DNA from: Flavobacteriaceae bacterium UBA2765
GTDB lineage: Bacteria; Bacteroidota; Bacteroidia; Flavobacteriales; Flavobacteriaceae
NCBI GenBank assembly: GCA_002352665.1
Contig: DEIV01000007.1
Location: forward strand, 39,766 to 103,765
Length of the DNA: 64,000 bases
Reading direction: 5' to 3'
Of the stretch, positions 20,124 to 30,322 are shown piece by piece. How positions within the stretch are numbered: the first letter of the stretch is position 1; each line of letters begins with the position of its first letter. Position numbers and translations under genes: made by a program. The notes beneath the pieces were generated by a model. That model was not told the DNA's origin. It saw only the letters and a program-made list of their open reading frames with translations, and did not search any database.

Positions 20124-21257
20124 ATGAAAAAGTCAACCTTATCTATTCTATTTTTTATTGTGTTTTTTGTATCAAATGCACAAACCACAATTTTAAAATG
20201 GTCTCAAGTAGAAATTGCTAAACTAGGAAAAAACACAACTTATCTAAAAAGGCACAATTACGATATTAAGAACCCCGATAAGCCATTCAAACCTTTACAT
20301 GGCTTCTATAAAATTACTGATAATTATGGCAGCTATTCTGAGATTACATTCAATAGTGGAAAAGTAAATGGTACTTGGACCGATTATAATTTTGAAGGAA
20401 AACTTAAAGCAGTCTCAAATTTTAAAGAAGGACAACTGGCTGGTAAATTAACCGAATACCATCAAAATGGAAAAGTCAGCAAGGAAACATTTTATGAAAA
20501 TGGAAAAAAGTCAGGGACATGGAAAGAATATGATAGAGAAGGTAAAGAAACGGTGATACAACATTATAAAAATGGATTAAAAGAAGGAAAATGGACTATG
20601 CAAATTCTTCATGGTGGTGATCGTGTTTGTAAAATAATTGAATTTTATAAAAATGACAAACCTATGGGTACATGGAAAGAGACTTGCAATGACAAAACCT
20701 CTTGGACCAAAGAATTTTCTGCTGAGAAAAATTATATAGAAAAAACGTTTTTTTCAAATGGTATAGTAAATACACTAAAAGAATATAAAAACGGAAAACT
20801 AAATGGTAGTTATAAGGCGTATGAGAAAGATGGGACACTGACCAAACACTTTACATTTAAAGATGATAAAACAACGCTACAAAGAATATTTTACTCCTCT
20901 AATGGAAAACCAAAATCGATAACGAATTTTAAAAATGATAACAGACATGGCGTTCATAAAAAATTTCATGAAAATGGGAATAAAGAATTAGAAGCTTTTT
21001 TTGATGAAAGTTATAAAACGGGTACCTGGAAGGAGTATTCCTATGAAGGTAAATTGACCTCAATTCAAGAATATAAAAATGGTGTAGAAGATGGTTCTTT
21101 TAAATATTTTACAAAAACAGGTTTACTTAAAAAAGAAGGAGCTTATTTAAAAGGAAGACCGCAAGGCTTATGGAAAATATACAATCGAGATGGTACTTTA
21201 TATAAAGAAGTTACCTATGAAAACGGAAGAATAATTTCTGAAAAAAAATACCAATAA
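20124..21257 (+). CDS. Exported MORN-variant repeat (YwqK-like) protein
   Basis: Signal peptide and tandem G.W..Y...G repeats (YENGKKSGTWKEYDREG, YKNGLKEGKW). Confidence 0.85.
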   Translation: MKKSTLSILFFIVFFVSNAQTTILKWSQVEIAKLGKNTTYLKRHNYDIKNPDKPFKPLHGFYKITDNYGSYSEITFNSGKVNGTWTDYNFEGKLKAVSNFKEGQLAGKLTEYHQNGKVSKETFYENGKKSGTWKEYDREGKETVIQHYKNGLKEGKWTMQILHGGDRVCKIIEFYKNDKPMGTWKETCNDKTSWTKEFSAEKNYIEKTFFSNGIVNTLKEYKNGKLNGSYKAYEKDGTLTKHFTFKDDKTTLQRIFYSSNGKPKSITNFKNDNRHGVHKKFHENGNKELEAFFDESYKTGTWKEYSYEGKLTSIQEYKNGVEDGSFKYFTKTGLLKKEGAYLKGRPQGLWKIYNRDGTLYKEVTYENGRIISEKKYQ

Positions 21258-21296
21258 AAATAAACAATTAATTAATCATCTTTAAATTTAAAATCA

Positions 21297-21977
21297 ATGA
21301 AATTATTAAAAATTAGTTTAACAGTAGCAATTATCTTATTAACTGTAGGAAATAGCACTGCACAAAAATTAAAGTCATTCGGAAGTTCTATAGAGAAAAA
21401 AATGGGGCCAGTTACAAAAAAAGTACCTTATACAGATGTAGTTAGCTATTTAGGCTACGCAGCCATTGACACAGAGGATGAAGTAAGAGATGGTAAAAAG
21501 TTTTATTACATCTATGTCTGGATACCTGCTGTTGCTCCAGAATTAGGTCTAAGAATGGTATCTCCGGTAGGAAAAATGAAAGTTAAAAACGCAATTAAAG
21601 GTTCTGGTTACGATGATAATGCATCTTCTGAAGACTATTTTGATACCTATATTACATTGGAAAGGTCTGACATTATCACTAAAGACAAAATAAGTAATGC
21701 AAAAAATGCAAAATGGAATACTTTAGCAAGTAATGATGATAGTAGTGAATTGCACAAACAACCAAGTGGTAATTCTTATAATTCGGTTTTACGTTATAAA
21801 AGTAAAGTTGGCGATCCTGTTGGAGCATTAACAACTGGTTTGTATAGAATTGGTTTTACAACCTACAAAACTGGTGAAGTAAAAGGTACATTCTTAGCAC
21901 AAATTGGTTCTCCAATAAAATTACCAGGAGTTATTATGGCAAAAACAGTTGATGAGTTATTAAAACAAATGAAATAA
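21297..21977 (+). CDS. LipL32-family protein
   Basis: Blocks match Leptospira LipL32 as recalled: YYIYVWIPAVAPELGLRMVSP, YFDTYITLER, YNSVLRY and GLYRIGFTTYKTGEVKGTFLAQIG. No lipobox Cys. Confidence 0.85.
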   Translation: MKLLKISLTVAIILLTVGNSTAQKLKSFGSSIEKKMGPVTKKVPYTDVVSYLGYAAIDTEDEVRDGKKFYYIYVWIPAVAPELGLRMVSPVGKMKVKNAIKGSGYDDNASSEDYFDTYITLERSDIITKDKISNAKNAKWNTLASNDDSSELHKQPSGNSYNSVLRYKSKVGDPVGALTTGLYRIGFTTYKTGEVKGTFLAQIGSPIKLPGVIMAKTVDELLKQMK

Positions 21978-21989
21978 TCACAACTAGAT

Positions 21990-22026
21990 AATCCATTGTG
22001 TATTTCATTATAATACACAATGGATT
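21990..22026 (+). terminator. Inverted repeat / terminator after the LipL32-family gene
   Basis: Perfect 15-bp arms AATCCATTGTGTATT / AATACACAATGGATT, 7-nt loop, followed by CTTTT. Confidence 0.75.
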
Positions 22027-22178
22027 CTTTTAAGATATAATACCATAAAAAAAATAAAAAGCATAAGATGTAAAACTCCATTTACATTTATCTATAGAAG
22101 AGAAAAATATTTAGGTAGAATTTAAAAGCTTATATACTGCTAAATGCGATGAATAAATAATGCCTTATTAAAGAACTT

Positions 22179-22796
22179 ATGAAACAAGTCATTTACACAA
22201 TCTTAAGCATACTAATATTAGGGTTTACAAATTCAAAAAACAGAATTGATTCTAATGAACTAAACTCTCAAAGTGTTGATACCACTTTTGTAGTTGATGA
22301 CGCCAGTATAAAATTAATAGTTAAAAAAGGAAAACTTATTCTAGTAGAAAAAGAATATTTTTTAGACAATGAAATAATATTAGATACTATTACGCATGAA
22401 AGAACCAAATTTATTCCTGAAGGTTCAGGAGCGATAGGTGGTGCTTGGATAACATACTATAAAAACGGACAAATTAAAGCCAACGGTCAGACAAAAAATG
22501 AATTTGGATGTTGGATGGACAGTGGTTTATTTGAATATTATAGCATTCAAGGTAATTTAATAAAAACCATTCACTTTGATAATTGGAAGAATGAAAGAGA
22601 TGGTTGTCATTCAACTGTACATGATATCACACAAAAAGAATTTTATACAAATGGTCAAATTAAAGCTGTAAAATATTTTCAAAGTGCTTATGAAGAAGGA
22701 GAGCAAAATCCAGTTGGTGAATGGAAATATTATAATATAAATGGAAAAGTAATACTAACAGAGAAGTATAAAATGGTATATTTCAAAAGATACTAA
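22179..22796 (+). CDS. Exported protein with a few MORN-like repeats
   Basis: Hydrophobic N-terminus; YYKNGQIKANG, FYTNGQIKAVK and GEWKYYNING. Confidence 0.7.
   Translation: MKQVIYTILSILILGFTNSKNRIDSNELNSQSVDTTFVVDDASIKLIVKKGKLILVEKEYFLDNEIILDTITHERTKFIPEGSGAIGGAWITYYKNGQIKANGQTKNEFGCWMDSGLFEYYSIQGNLIKTIHFDNWKNERDGCHSTVHDITQKEFYTNGQIKAVKYFQSAYEEGEQNPVGEWKYYNINGKVILTEKYKMVYFKRY
22672..22715 (+). repeat. 44-bp direct repeat, copy 1 (coding, YFQSAYEEGEQNPV)
   Basis: 41/44 identical to 24980-25023. Confidence 0.9.
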
Positions 22797-22807
22797 AACA
22801 TTAAATT

Positions 22808-23440
22808 ATGAATAGAAACAAAATTATAAATACACTTATTGTAGTATTGATAAGTACATTATCAGCCTTTTCTCAACAAAAAAAGTATGAAGTCAGCCCA
22901 TTACTAAATGGAGTTGGTTTGAATACAATCCTTAGCAAAATAGACAAATATTCTTCTAAATCACAAAAAATAGAAGGAAATACTTTAGTTTATCACAGAA
23001 TTGAAGATGGTCAATTAACATTTTTAGGTAATGATGTAACAGAAGCAGTTATAAGTACAAAAAATGCTAAGGTAGCGTATATTGCTTTTATTATAGAAAA
23101 AGAAGAAATTGAAACACCTCAATTCTCAGAAAAAAATTTTGATACACTAATTTTAAAAAACAGAATTACAGAAGAAAATGCTCCTGCATATAGAAAAAGT
23201 AAACTTATTGAGTTCTATATCAAAAACTCACCAAAAACACTAAAAGCAAAAGAATACCTTACAACTAATTACAAGTTTATTTCAGAAGATTCTAATTGTC
23301 AATTTGACTGTTCTGATAAATGGGAGTCTGATTATGCAAAAATATTAATAGAAAAAAACAACTATTTTAGTTATGATAGTGAACCTCTCAAGGTATATAT
23401 TGAACAAACACTTATAATTAGATCAACTTTAATAGATTGA
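22808..23440 (+). CDS. Hypothetical exported protein
   Basis: 210-aa ORF with a signal peptide (LISTLSAFS-QQ). Confidence 0.7.
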   Translation: MNRNKIINTLIVVLISTLSAFSQQKKYEVSPLLNGVGLNTILSKIDKYSSKSQKIEGNTLVYHRIEDGQLTFLGNDVTEAVISTKNAKVAYIAFIIEKEEIETPQFSEKNFDTLILKNRITEENAPAYRKSKLIEFYIKNSPKTLKAKEYLTTNYKFISEDSNCQFDCSDKWESDYAKILIEKNNYFSYDSEPLKVYIEQTLIIRSTLID

Positions 23441-23602
23441 TTTTGATTATATAAGGCAAAAAAATAATAGCCTTAGTTATTGTTTCTTTTTTTAACGAAA
23501 TATAAGTGAACCCACCTGCCAGAGAGACAGGAAAGAAACGATTTATTAGACTTGTTTTATGGTTAAATTGGTATAAAACAGGTTGTAAGAAATTAATAAA
23601 GT

Positions 23603-24739
23603 TTATCTATTACTCGGATCATCAATAGTATTATTATCTACAGGATTTTTTACAAAAGGAAAAATAAATTGTCTAACAAAGCCTTTCGGAAATTTAACAT
23701 CTCCAAGTCCTGTACTTTCAGGCCAGGCTTTCCCAATTGGGTAATAGGTACCAAACATCATATCTATAAATGGAAAGTGAATTGCAAAATTTTTGTCATA
23801 AGCCTTAGGGTCATCAGAGTGATGCCAATGATGGTACTGTGGTGTTACAAAGACATAACGAAAAAAACCAAAATTAATACGTGTATTGGCATGAGCTAAT
23901 ACAGCTTGAATAGAAACAATAATAATATAGGTAGTAAAAACTGAAGCACTAAATCCGAATACATATAATGGTAAAAAAGAAATCGCTCTAACAGCAATCA
24001 TATCTACAAAATGAGTTCTAGAGCCAGCTAACCAATCTATATCTTTTGTTGAATGATGCACTGCATGAAAACGCCATAAATATGGTATTTTATGAAATAT
24101 ATAGTGACCAGACCATTGAAATAAATCTGAAACAAATAATGCAAGAAATAATTGAGGAATAAACCAAATACCTTGAATAGATTCCTGAAATGTTGCTAAA
24201 CCAATATTTGAGAATGCTAAGGCAGCTGGTAGTTGAACTAAAACCCCAGTGATTTGAATTAATAAATGACTAATTATAAAGTAAACTAAATCAGTTTTCC
24301 ACTCTTCATGAAACTTTGTTTGTTCAGGTTTTTTTGGTAAGAATAGTTCTATAGGAATAAATATAACTGCAGAGATAAGTATATCTAACAAAAGCCAATC
24401 TAGCCCAATTGTAAAGGATTTAGAATCAATTTCTTGATATGCTGGAAGTCCAGATGCTAATAGAATTGAAGTTCCAATTAATAATATTGCAAAAAAACCT
24501 AGTTTTGTCTTTTTACTCAAAATAAAACTTGCAAGAGCAAATCCGAAAGACAAGGTTAAAACAATTAAAAATGTAAACTTAATATAGTTTGGTTTGTAAA
24601 GTTCACGAAAATCTGCTGTAGTTAAATATTCTGGAAAATAAGCACTAATTGTTGCTCCTAAACATAGTATTGCTAAAAAAATGGAGAGGTAACCACTAAT
24701 TTTCCCTTCTCCTATAATAAGCCTTTCTTTTTGAGTCAT
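23603..24739 (-). CDS. Sterol desaturase / fatty acid hydroxylase family membrane protein
   Basis: His boxes HYIFH, FHAVHH, AHAN and HHWHH; multiple TMs. The only long gene in the array on the opposite strand. Confidence 0.9.
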   Translation of the reverse strand: MTQKERLIIGEGKISGYLSIFLAILCLGATISAYFPEYLTTADFRELYKPNYIKFTFLIVLTLSFGFALASFILSKKTKLGFFAILLIGTSILLASGLPAYQEIDSKSFTIGLDWLLLDILISAVIFIPIELFLPKKPEQTKFHEEWKTDLVYFIISHLLIQITGVLVQLPAALAFSNIGLATFQESIQGIWFIPQLFLALFVSDLFQWSGHYIFHKIPYLWRFHAVHHSTKDIDWLAGSRTHFVDMIAVRAISFLPLYVFGFSASVFTTYIIIVSIQAVLAHANTRINFGFFRYVFVTPQYHHWHHSDDPKAYDKNFAIHFPFIDMMFGTYYPIGKAWPESTGLGDVKFPKGFVRQFIFPFVKNPVDNNTIDDPSNR

Positions 24740-24979
24740 AAATAAATGTCTTAATTATTGCAATTTATAAAATTAATAAAATAACCATATTTTATTAATC
24801 AAATTCAATTTGATAACGTTTAAGCATCTAGTTTAGTATTAAAAAATTACTACTAACATAACAATTAATTTATTATTAGCACTTAACAAACATTAAGTAA
24901 AAAATCTTAAATGTTCTAACGTAAGAAAGAGTTATATTTACTTCTGAAAGCCCTAGAATTTTAATTGATTAATGGATTC

Positions 24980-25023
24980 AATATTTTCAAAGTGGGTATG
25001 AAGAAGGAGAGCAAAACCCAGTT
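24980..25023 (+). repeat. 44-bp direct repeat, copy 2 (intergenic remnant)
   Basis: AATATTTTCAAAGTGGGTATGAAGAAGGAGAGCAAAACCCAGTT, 41/44 identical to 22672-22715. Confidence 0.9.
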
Positions 25024-25056
25024 TGGGTTATTAAAAAAACAAATTATAATAGCATT

Positions 25057-25803
25057 ATGAACATTATACATATTATAAAAACAATCTTATTTCTTGCATT
25101 GTTTGGTCTAAACTCTTGTCCCACTTTTGAATTAGGAAAGAAGTTAAATGAGACCAATTCAAAAAAAGAAATTGAAACAGTAAAATCAGATAGCAATACA
25201 GATTCTGATAACGATCTAAAAAAGTATTTGGCTAAAATTGACAGTACAAATACGGTATTAAATTGGAAAAAATTAAAATGTGGTCTATATATAAATAAAG
25301 ATAATGAAATTGGCTTTAAGTTTAATATGGTGGTAGGAATTAGTCATAATGGCTATACGACTGCTTACCGCACATACTTATGTTGCGATGAAGATAGTAA
25401 GCCTTTAAAATCTATAATAGACACAACAACTTTCAAACATTTAGGGAGTACTTTTTATAAGGATAAACGAAATATCTATCACTATTATGATATGGCTGGA
25501 GGAGGTAGATTCTCTATATATGAAGGAGTAGATTATGCCACTTTTAGAGTTTTAGGCGATAGTTATGCAAAAGATAAAGATCATATTTATGGTGAAAGAG
25601 CTGGGATTTTAGAAAAAGTAGATTACAGAACTTTTGAGACCTTAAAAGGGGCTGGTCCTTACGCTAAAGATAAAAATGGATATTATTTTTGGGATGATTT
25701 AATATATACAAAACAAGGACTCAAAGATTCTATTCGTTTATCAACTTCATCTTATGCCAAAGATTTTTATAACTTATTAAAAAGTAAAAGTTTAATAAAA
25801 TGA
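25057..25803 (+). CDS. DKNYY-family lipoprotein
   Basis: Lipobox-like GLNSC; repeats FYKDKRNIY, YAKDKDHIY and YAKDKNGYY. Confidence 0.75.
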   Translation: MNIIHIIKTILFLALFGLNSCPTFELGKKLNETNSKKEIETVKSDSNTDSDNDLKKYLAKIDSTNTVLNWKKLKCGLYINKDNEIGFKFNMVVGISHNGYTTAYRTYLCCDEDSKPLKSIIDTTTFKHLGSTFYKDKRNIYHYYDMAGGGRFSIYEGVDYATFRVLGDSYAKDKDHIYGERAGILEKVDYRTFETLKGAGPYAKDKNGYYFWDDLIYTKQGLKDSIRLSTSSYAKDFYNLLKSKSLIK

Positions 25804-26525
25804 ATATTTATGCATTTTCTAAAGCATCCATAAAAAAATTAGCAATAAGGCAAACACTTTCTATTTATCCCATACTTATAAGTGTTTTGATTGCGATGTA
25901 TTTTATAATAAATCATATTGAAGGCGAAAAGGAAATGGAAAAACCATCTACGTTAATCATAATGATTAGCGTTGGGATTTTCATGTTAGTTGGAGGTTTT
26001 TTTTCAAGTAGAAAAGCAGTATCAAAAGTATTATTAGAAACTAAATTCATTCTAGAAGATGATGCTATTAGAAAAGAGATACCAAATGGTAAAGACATTG
26101 AAATTTTCTTTAGAAATATTAAAACCCTGCAACATACTAAAAAAGGAATTTTAATAAAATCTCCAAAAAAGCAATTATTTATTCCTGTTGAATTGACAAA
26201 CTTCAAAGAGTTAGAATCTAAGATTAAAAATAAAACGTACACTGGGATACAGAACTTTGATACTAAATATAAAATAAATGATACACTATTAAAAAATTTT
26301 GCCGCAATTGGTACTCTCATTTTATTAGTTGCCACATTAATACTTGAAAGAAAAACACAAAAATTATTGGCTGGTATACCTTTAATTTCAGTACTTATTT
26401 TTGCTATTTATGATGAGTTAAAAAATAAAGAAAAAGCAAGTTTATCTAGTGGAATGTTGGCTAAAGGTACTTTGATAATACTATCACTAATTGCATATTT
26501 AATTTACATTGTTATTTATTCCTAA
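25800..26525 (+). CDS. Hypothetical membrane protein
   Basis: About 5 hydrophobic segments around a soluble PH-like loop; ATGA overlap with the upstream gene. Confidence 0.7.
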   Translation: MNIYAFSKASIKKLAIRQTLSIYPILISVLIAMYFIINHIEGEKEMEKPSTLIIMISVGIFMLVGGFFSSRKAVSKVLLETKFILEDDAIRKEIPNGKDIEIFFRNIKTLQHTKKGILIKSPKKQLFIPVELTNFKELESKIKNKTYTGIQNFDTKYKINDTLLKNFAAIGTLILLVATLILERKTQKLLAGIPLISVLIFAIYDELKNKEKASLSSGMLAKGTLIILSLIAYLIYIVIYS

Positions 26526-26570
26526 TTTAATTATTTATAAGATTAAACCCAAAACAAACCTTATAACTAT

Positions 26571-26801
26571 TCAACTCTTATTGCTTGCCATATTATGCTC
26601 ACAAGTCAATTCGTGGATTATAAACATAAACAACACAAATATTGCATATAATAAATAATAAACATTTCTAAGACTTAAAGAGCGTAATATTGCAGAGTCA
26701 ATTAGCATAAAGTTTCTTAAAAAAGAAGCTTCAGAAAATATTGAAATTATTAGAAATACTAATCGCAAGATGCATAAAGTATCTAATTCTGCTGTTTTCA
26801 T
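26571..26801 (-). CDS. Doubtful small hydrophobic ORF, possibly a gene remnant
   Basis: 76-aa ORF whose frame extends upstream without a start codon; the opposite strand is also open. No family recognised. Confidence 0.25.
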   Translation of the reverse strand: MKTAELDTLCILRLVFLIISIFSEASFLRNFMLIDSAILRSLSLRNVYYLLYAIFVLFMFIIHELTCEHNMASNKS

Positions 26802-26991
26802 AACAATTCCATTCCAAGGCGTATTGATTATCCTTATTTTACTTTTAAGTTTTAGTTTAAAAATTAATAAAATAGGTGTAGTTTTAAAAACTGCTACAAA
26901 TATACATCCAGTGCTAACGAATATTGATTAGCCCTTCCTTTACTCTAATTTACAGATTATTTTTATCATTGTAAAATGTGAAAAACACATA

Positions 26992-27564
26992 ATGATAAAG
27001 AGTATGATTAATTCAGAAAAAAAAAGTGCCTTAATAAATGTAGAAAGACTAATTATTTATACAGTTGTTTTATTAGTGCTTGTTGTATTTGTTTTACAAA
27101 CAGATTACTCTATTCTAACAATAGTTCCATTTACATTACTATATTTTTTTATCATTATTTTTAATATTATATTACCTTTTCTGAAAGAGAAACAACAGAA
27201 AAATAACTTAAGGAATGATGCTATTTTCTTTTCTAATACATCACCTATTAATGTTGATAAATTAAAAAAAATAGCTGCTAAAAATTATTATTTTGATGAA
27301 GCTTTTTTCTACTATATTAATGATATGACAAAAAAAACAATTGCAATACCATTTCTAGATATATTAGAAGTTACCAAGACAAGCACTGTAAATAATAATG
27401 TTTGCAAATGGAGAGTTATAGCAATATGTAATGATAAGAAAGTTAGCTATACATTTAAACATAACTACTTTTTTTGGAATAGTAATTTTCCAGATTTTTT
27501 AGACGAAGTAAAGAGAGTGAATCCGAAAGTAAATATCTCAACGTTTAATCTTTGGAATAAATAA
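26992..27564 (+). CDS. Hypothetical membrane protein
   Basis: Two N-terminal TMs followed by a PH-like soluble region. Confidence 0.7.
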   Translation: MIKSMINSEKKSALINVERLIIYTVVLLVLVVFVLQTDYSILTIVPFTLLYFFIIIFNIILPFLKEKQQKNNLRNDAIFFSNTSPINVDKLKKIAAKNYYFDEAFFYYINDMTKKTIAIPFLDILEVTKTSTVNNNVCKWRVIAICNDKKVSYTFKHNYFFWNSNFPDFLDEVKRVNPKVNISTFNLWNK

Positions 27565-27585
27565 TCATTATAAAATTTAAAGACA

Positions 27586-28200
27586 ATGGATAAGTTCATC
27601 ATTAACCCAACAGCATTAATAAAAAACATCTTAATTACTAATAATTATATTAGAATTACAGATGAAGATTATAAAACAAAAGACTACTTTTTAGAAAAAC
27701 TCAATTCTGCTAAAAAAGGAATCTTAGATACAATTCATCAAATTGAATATGAAAAAATATTAAAAGTTGTACCTTTTACAAAAGAGAATGCTTTTCAAAT
27801 CTTTTTTAATGAAAACGATAAGAATAAAAAAACCTACTTAAAATTTAATACACTAGAAGAATTTAATGAAGTTTTAAATTTTATAATAACTAAGACTCAC
27901 TTAAGAAAAGACCTAGTTAAAATAAAGAGCTTTGAATCATATAAAACGCAACTTATAGCCACTTCAATGTCAATACTACTATTTGTTCTAATTTATATTG
28001 ATGCTCTACATGTTGAGAAAGGAGAAATAGTTGACACAACTGGGCGTAGGAGTGGTGTGAAGAAAATGTTACTTTCATTGGCAGAAACTCTAGGTACAAC
28101 AAATACCATTATTTTAGGTGCAATAATTACCATGATCCTTGCTGTTTGGACTGTTACAGCCTACAAAAAAGGAAATACAACTAAAGAAATATATATTTAA
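27586..28200 (+). CDS. Hypothetical membrane protein
   Basis: Soluble N-terminal half and two C-terminal TMs flanking GRRSGVKKMLLSLAETLG. Confidence 0.7.
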   Translation: MDKFIINPTALIKNILITNNYIRITDEDYKTKDYFLEKLNSAKKGILDTIHQIEYEKILKVVPFTKENAFQIFFNENDKNKKTYLKFNTLEEFNEVLNFIITKTHLRKDLVKIKSFESYKTQLIATSMSILLFVLIYIDALHVEKGEIVDTTGRRSGVKKMLLSLAETLGTTNTIILGAIITMILAVWTVTAYKKGNTTKEIYI

Positions 28201-28201
28201 A

Positions 28202-28786
28202 ATGCATGTAAATTTACATGAAATGATTGCAGTAGTGACTTTGATTATAACCTGTTTATTCTTTTTTGTTTCATGTGGCACTGGCTTAAAAGTAAGTAAA
28301 ACAAATTATAAAAAGATGGATAATAATTTTTCAGCAACCTTTATAAATAGTTTTTATAAAACAAGAACAGCTATTCCAGGTTTATCATCTGATATTTCTG
28401 ATGAATGTAAAACAACTATTGCCTCACTTTTAAGACTTCGTGATGTAAAGAAGTCTCAAACAGATCCTATAACATTTAAACTAAATACTGATAAAAATTT
28501 ATTAGTCACCTATATGGATAGTATACAAATTCAAAAAACAAAAATATTCAAGAGTAAACTTCGTAAAAGAGGTTATTATGAATATTTTCATTATAAAGAA
28601 AGAGTTGAAATACCACCGCTTTTTCCAATAATTTATGGCGAAGCACTTATTTCTAGACTTCGTTTGGGCTTCTCTAACAACAATCTAGTTATTGATGATT
28701 ATTAAATTTCTAATGGGAATATATTCATTTTTGCTGATGGCAACTCATATAGAGAACAATATTATTTTAAACCAATAGATCAATAA
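28202..28786 (+). pseudogene. Lipoprotein gene with a probable premature stop
   Basis: Lipobox FFVSC. After TAA at 28703-28705 the frame continues with 26 protein-like codons (ISNGNIFIFADGNSYREQYYFKPIDQ) to TAA 28784-28786. Confidence 0.55.
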
Positions 28787-28824
28787 ATTGAAACTATATA
28801 TATCATTTACATAAATAATAAGTA

Positions 28825-29862
28825 ATGAAAAAAATAATAATAATTGCCATATTTTTTTTGGTGTTAATGCTGCTTTACAACTATGTAGGTGTGGTACGTA
28901 ACTCCATTGCAAAGGCATTTTTATCAAATTCTTTTAATGAATATTCATTTTTATCAGAAAATAAAGTTGATTCTGAAGACTATCAAATTAAAAAAATTAT
29001 TGACGGTGAGTTAGATCAAAAAATTTTGTTTAATACTCTTACTCAAGAATTTATTATAACGATAAGAGATTCAGATTATGATAGAAATAATCAAGGTTGG
29101 TACGCATTATGGAAAATTGATAAAAAAGGACAAGTAATAGATAGTTTAAGTTCTAAAAACGGGATGAGTCCTATCGGCATCTATTTTGAAGAAGATCATT
29201 ATGTAGATTGGGTAGAGTCAGGAAGCAAAGCTAAGAAAGAATATAAACAGATAATAAATTTTGATAGTATTGCAAGTGCTGATTTTAATTATTTTGTTGA
29301 AAAAGCTGAAATTATTGAATATGATGGTGATTATGAGAACAAAAAAGTAAATTGTTATCTTAAAATTGAAGATAGTTGGATTGTTTTTGAATCTAAAAAA
29401 GGTTATGAAGATTATTTTTCAAATCCTGAAAAATTTTATAAACATAAAACAAAAACTACAAGTTGGCTTCTAGTCTTAGAAGACAAGATTAAACCATTTC
29501 ATAAATGGAAGGATATAAATAGTTATATATATCTACAAAAATTTGTAGGAGAATCTCGAGAATTTAAATCTTTTTATGATATCAATAACACTAGTAGATC
29601 AGGTTGGAATGGTACTGGTTATTTTTCTTTATGGCATAATTCAAGTCTCTTGCATTTCAAATCTTATACATTTAAATCAAGTTTTGGCTTTGATCCGGAT
29701 ATTTCTATATATGCCCCTCCAAACAATTACGGAGATCATACAAGAAAAATTGATATCGCATTTATTTCATTAAGTAAGAGAATGAAAAGTAATAGAGATT
29801 ATAAAGAAGTTGGTGTTTATGTAATTTGTAATAAAGATAAAATTAATAATAATGAAGATTAA
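28825..29862 (+). CDS. Hypothetical membrane-anchored protein
   Basis: 345-aa ORF with an N-terminal hydrophobic anchor. Confidence 0.75.
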   Translation: MKKIIIIAIFFLVLMLLYNYVGVVRNSIAKAFLSNSFNEYSFLSENKVDSEDYQIKKIIDGELDQKILFNTLTQEFIITIRDSDYDRNNQGWYALWKIDKKGQVIDSLSSKNGMSPIGIYFEEDHYVDWVESGSKAKKEYKQIINFDSIASADFNYFVEKAEIIEYDGDYENKKVNCYLKIEDSWIVFESKKGYEDYFSNPEKFYKHKTKTTSWLLVLEDKIKPFHKWKDINSYIYLQKFVGESREFKSFYDINNTSRSGWNGTGYFSLWHNSSLLHFKSYTFKSSFGFDPDISIYAPPNNYGDHTRKIDIAFISLSKRMKSNRDYKEVGVYVICNKDKINNNED

Positions 29863-30312
29863 CACAATTTTAATGATCTTAGCTTTAGTAATATGCTATT
29901 CAGCTACAGCTCAATAGACAAAAGAAAATACTTTTGTAAATACCCACAAAGACATGAAAGATTTATTAACTGAAAATAGGTGGGAGTCAAACCAAATTTT
30001 TGGAACTGATGTTGAAACATTCCAACTTAAAGAAGTTATTCCTAAAAAATTTGCAGGATACCTGACAACATTTACAGACACTATGACTTTTACAAGTCGT
30101 TATACAGCACCTTGTGGTAATGATGAAGAATTAGGAAGAATGAATATTGGTAGATATAAATTATTTAGCCCTAATAAAATTGAAATAATTGTAGAAACAG
30201 AGATGTTACCTAATGGATTAAATATGTCAACAGAAAAACTAAATTCTAAAAATTTGTCTTTATAATTTCAAAATCAGAAAACAAATTAATTCTTACTAAA
30301 GAAAAAAACTAA
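29852..30312 (+). pseudogene. Disrupted exported-protein gene
   Basis: Signal peptide MKINTILMILALVICYSATAQ is followed by an in-frame TAG (29915-29917), in frame with ORF 29954-30265. An apparent frameshift near 30257 leaves the tail FIISKSENKLILTKEKN in another frame. Confidence 0.75.
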
Positions 30313-30322
30313 TCGAGAAATA

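Noticed and set aside
21297-21977. Leptospira contamination
   Set aside because: The gene is AT-rich like its flanks, has a Bacteroidota-style initiation region and sits within a continuous flavobacterial locus.
23515-23531. REP-like CCTGCCAGAGAGACAGG
   Set aside because: Single degenerate copy in the window; insufficient evidence.
22672-25023. Diversity-generating retroelement TR/VR pair for the 44-bp repeat
   Set aside because: The three mismatches are not all at adenines in either direction or strand, the repeat is too short, and no reverse transcriptase is present.
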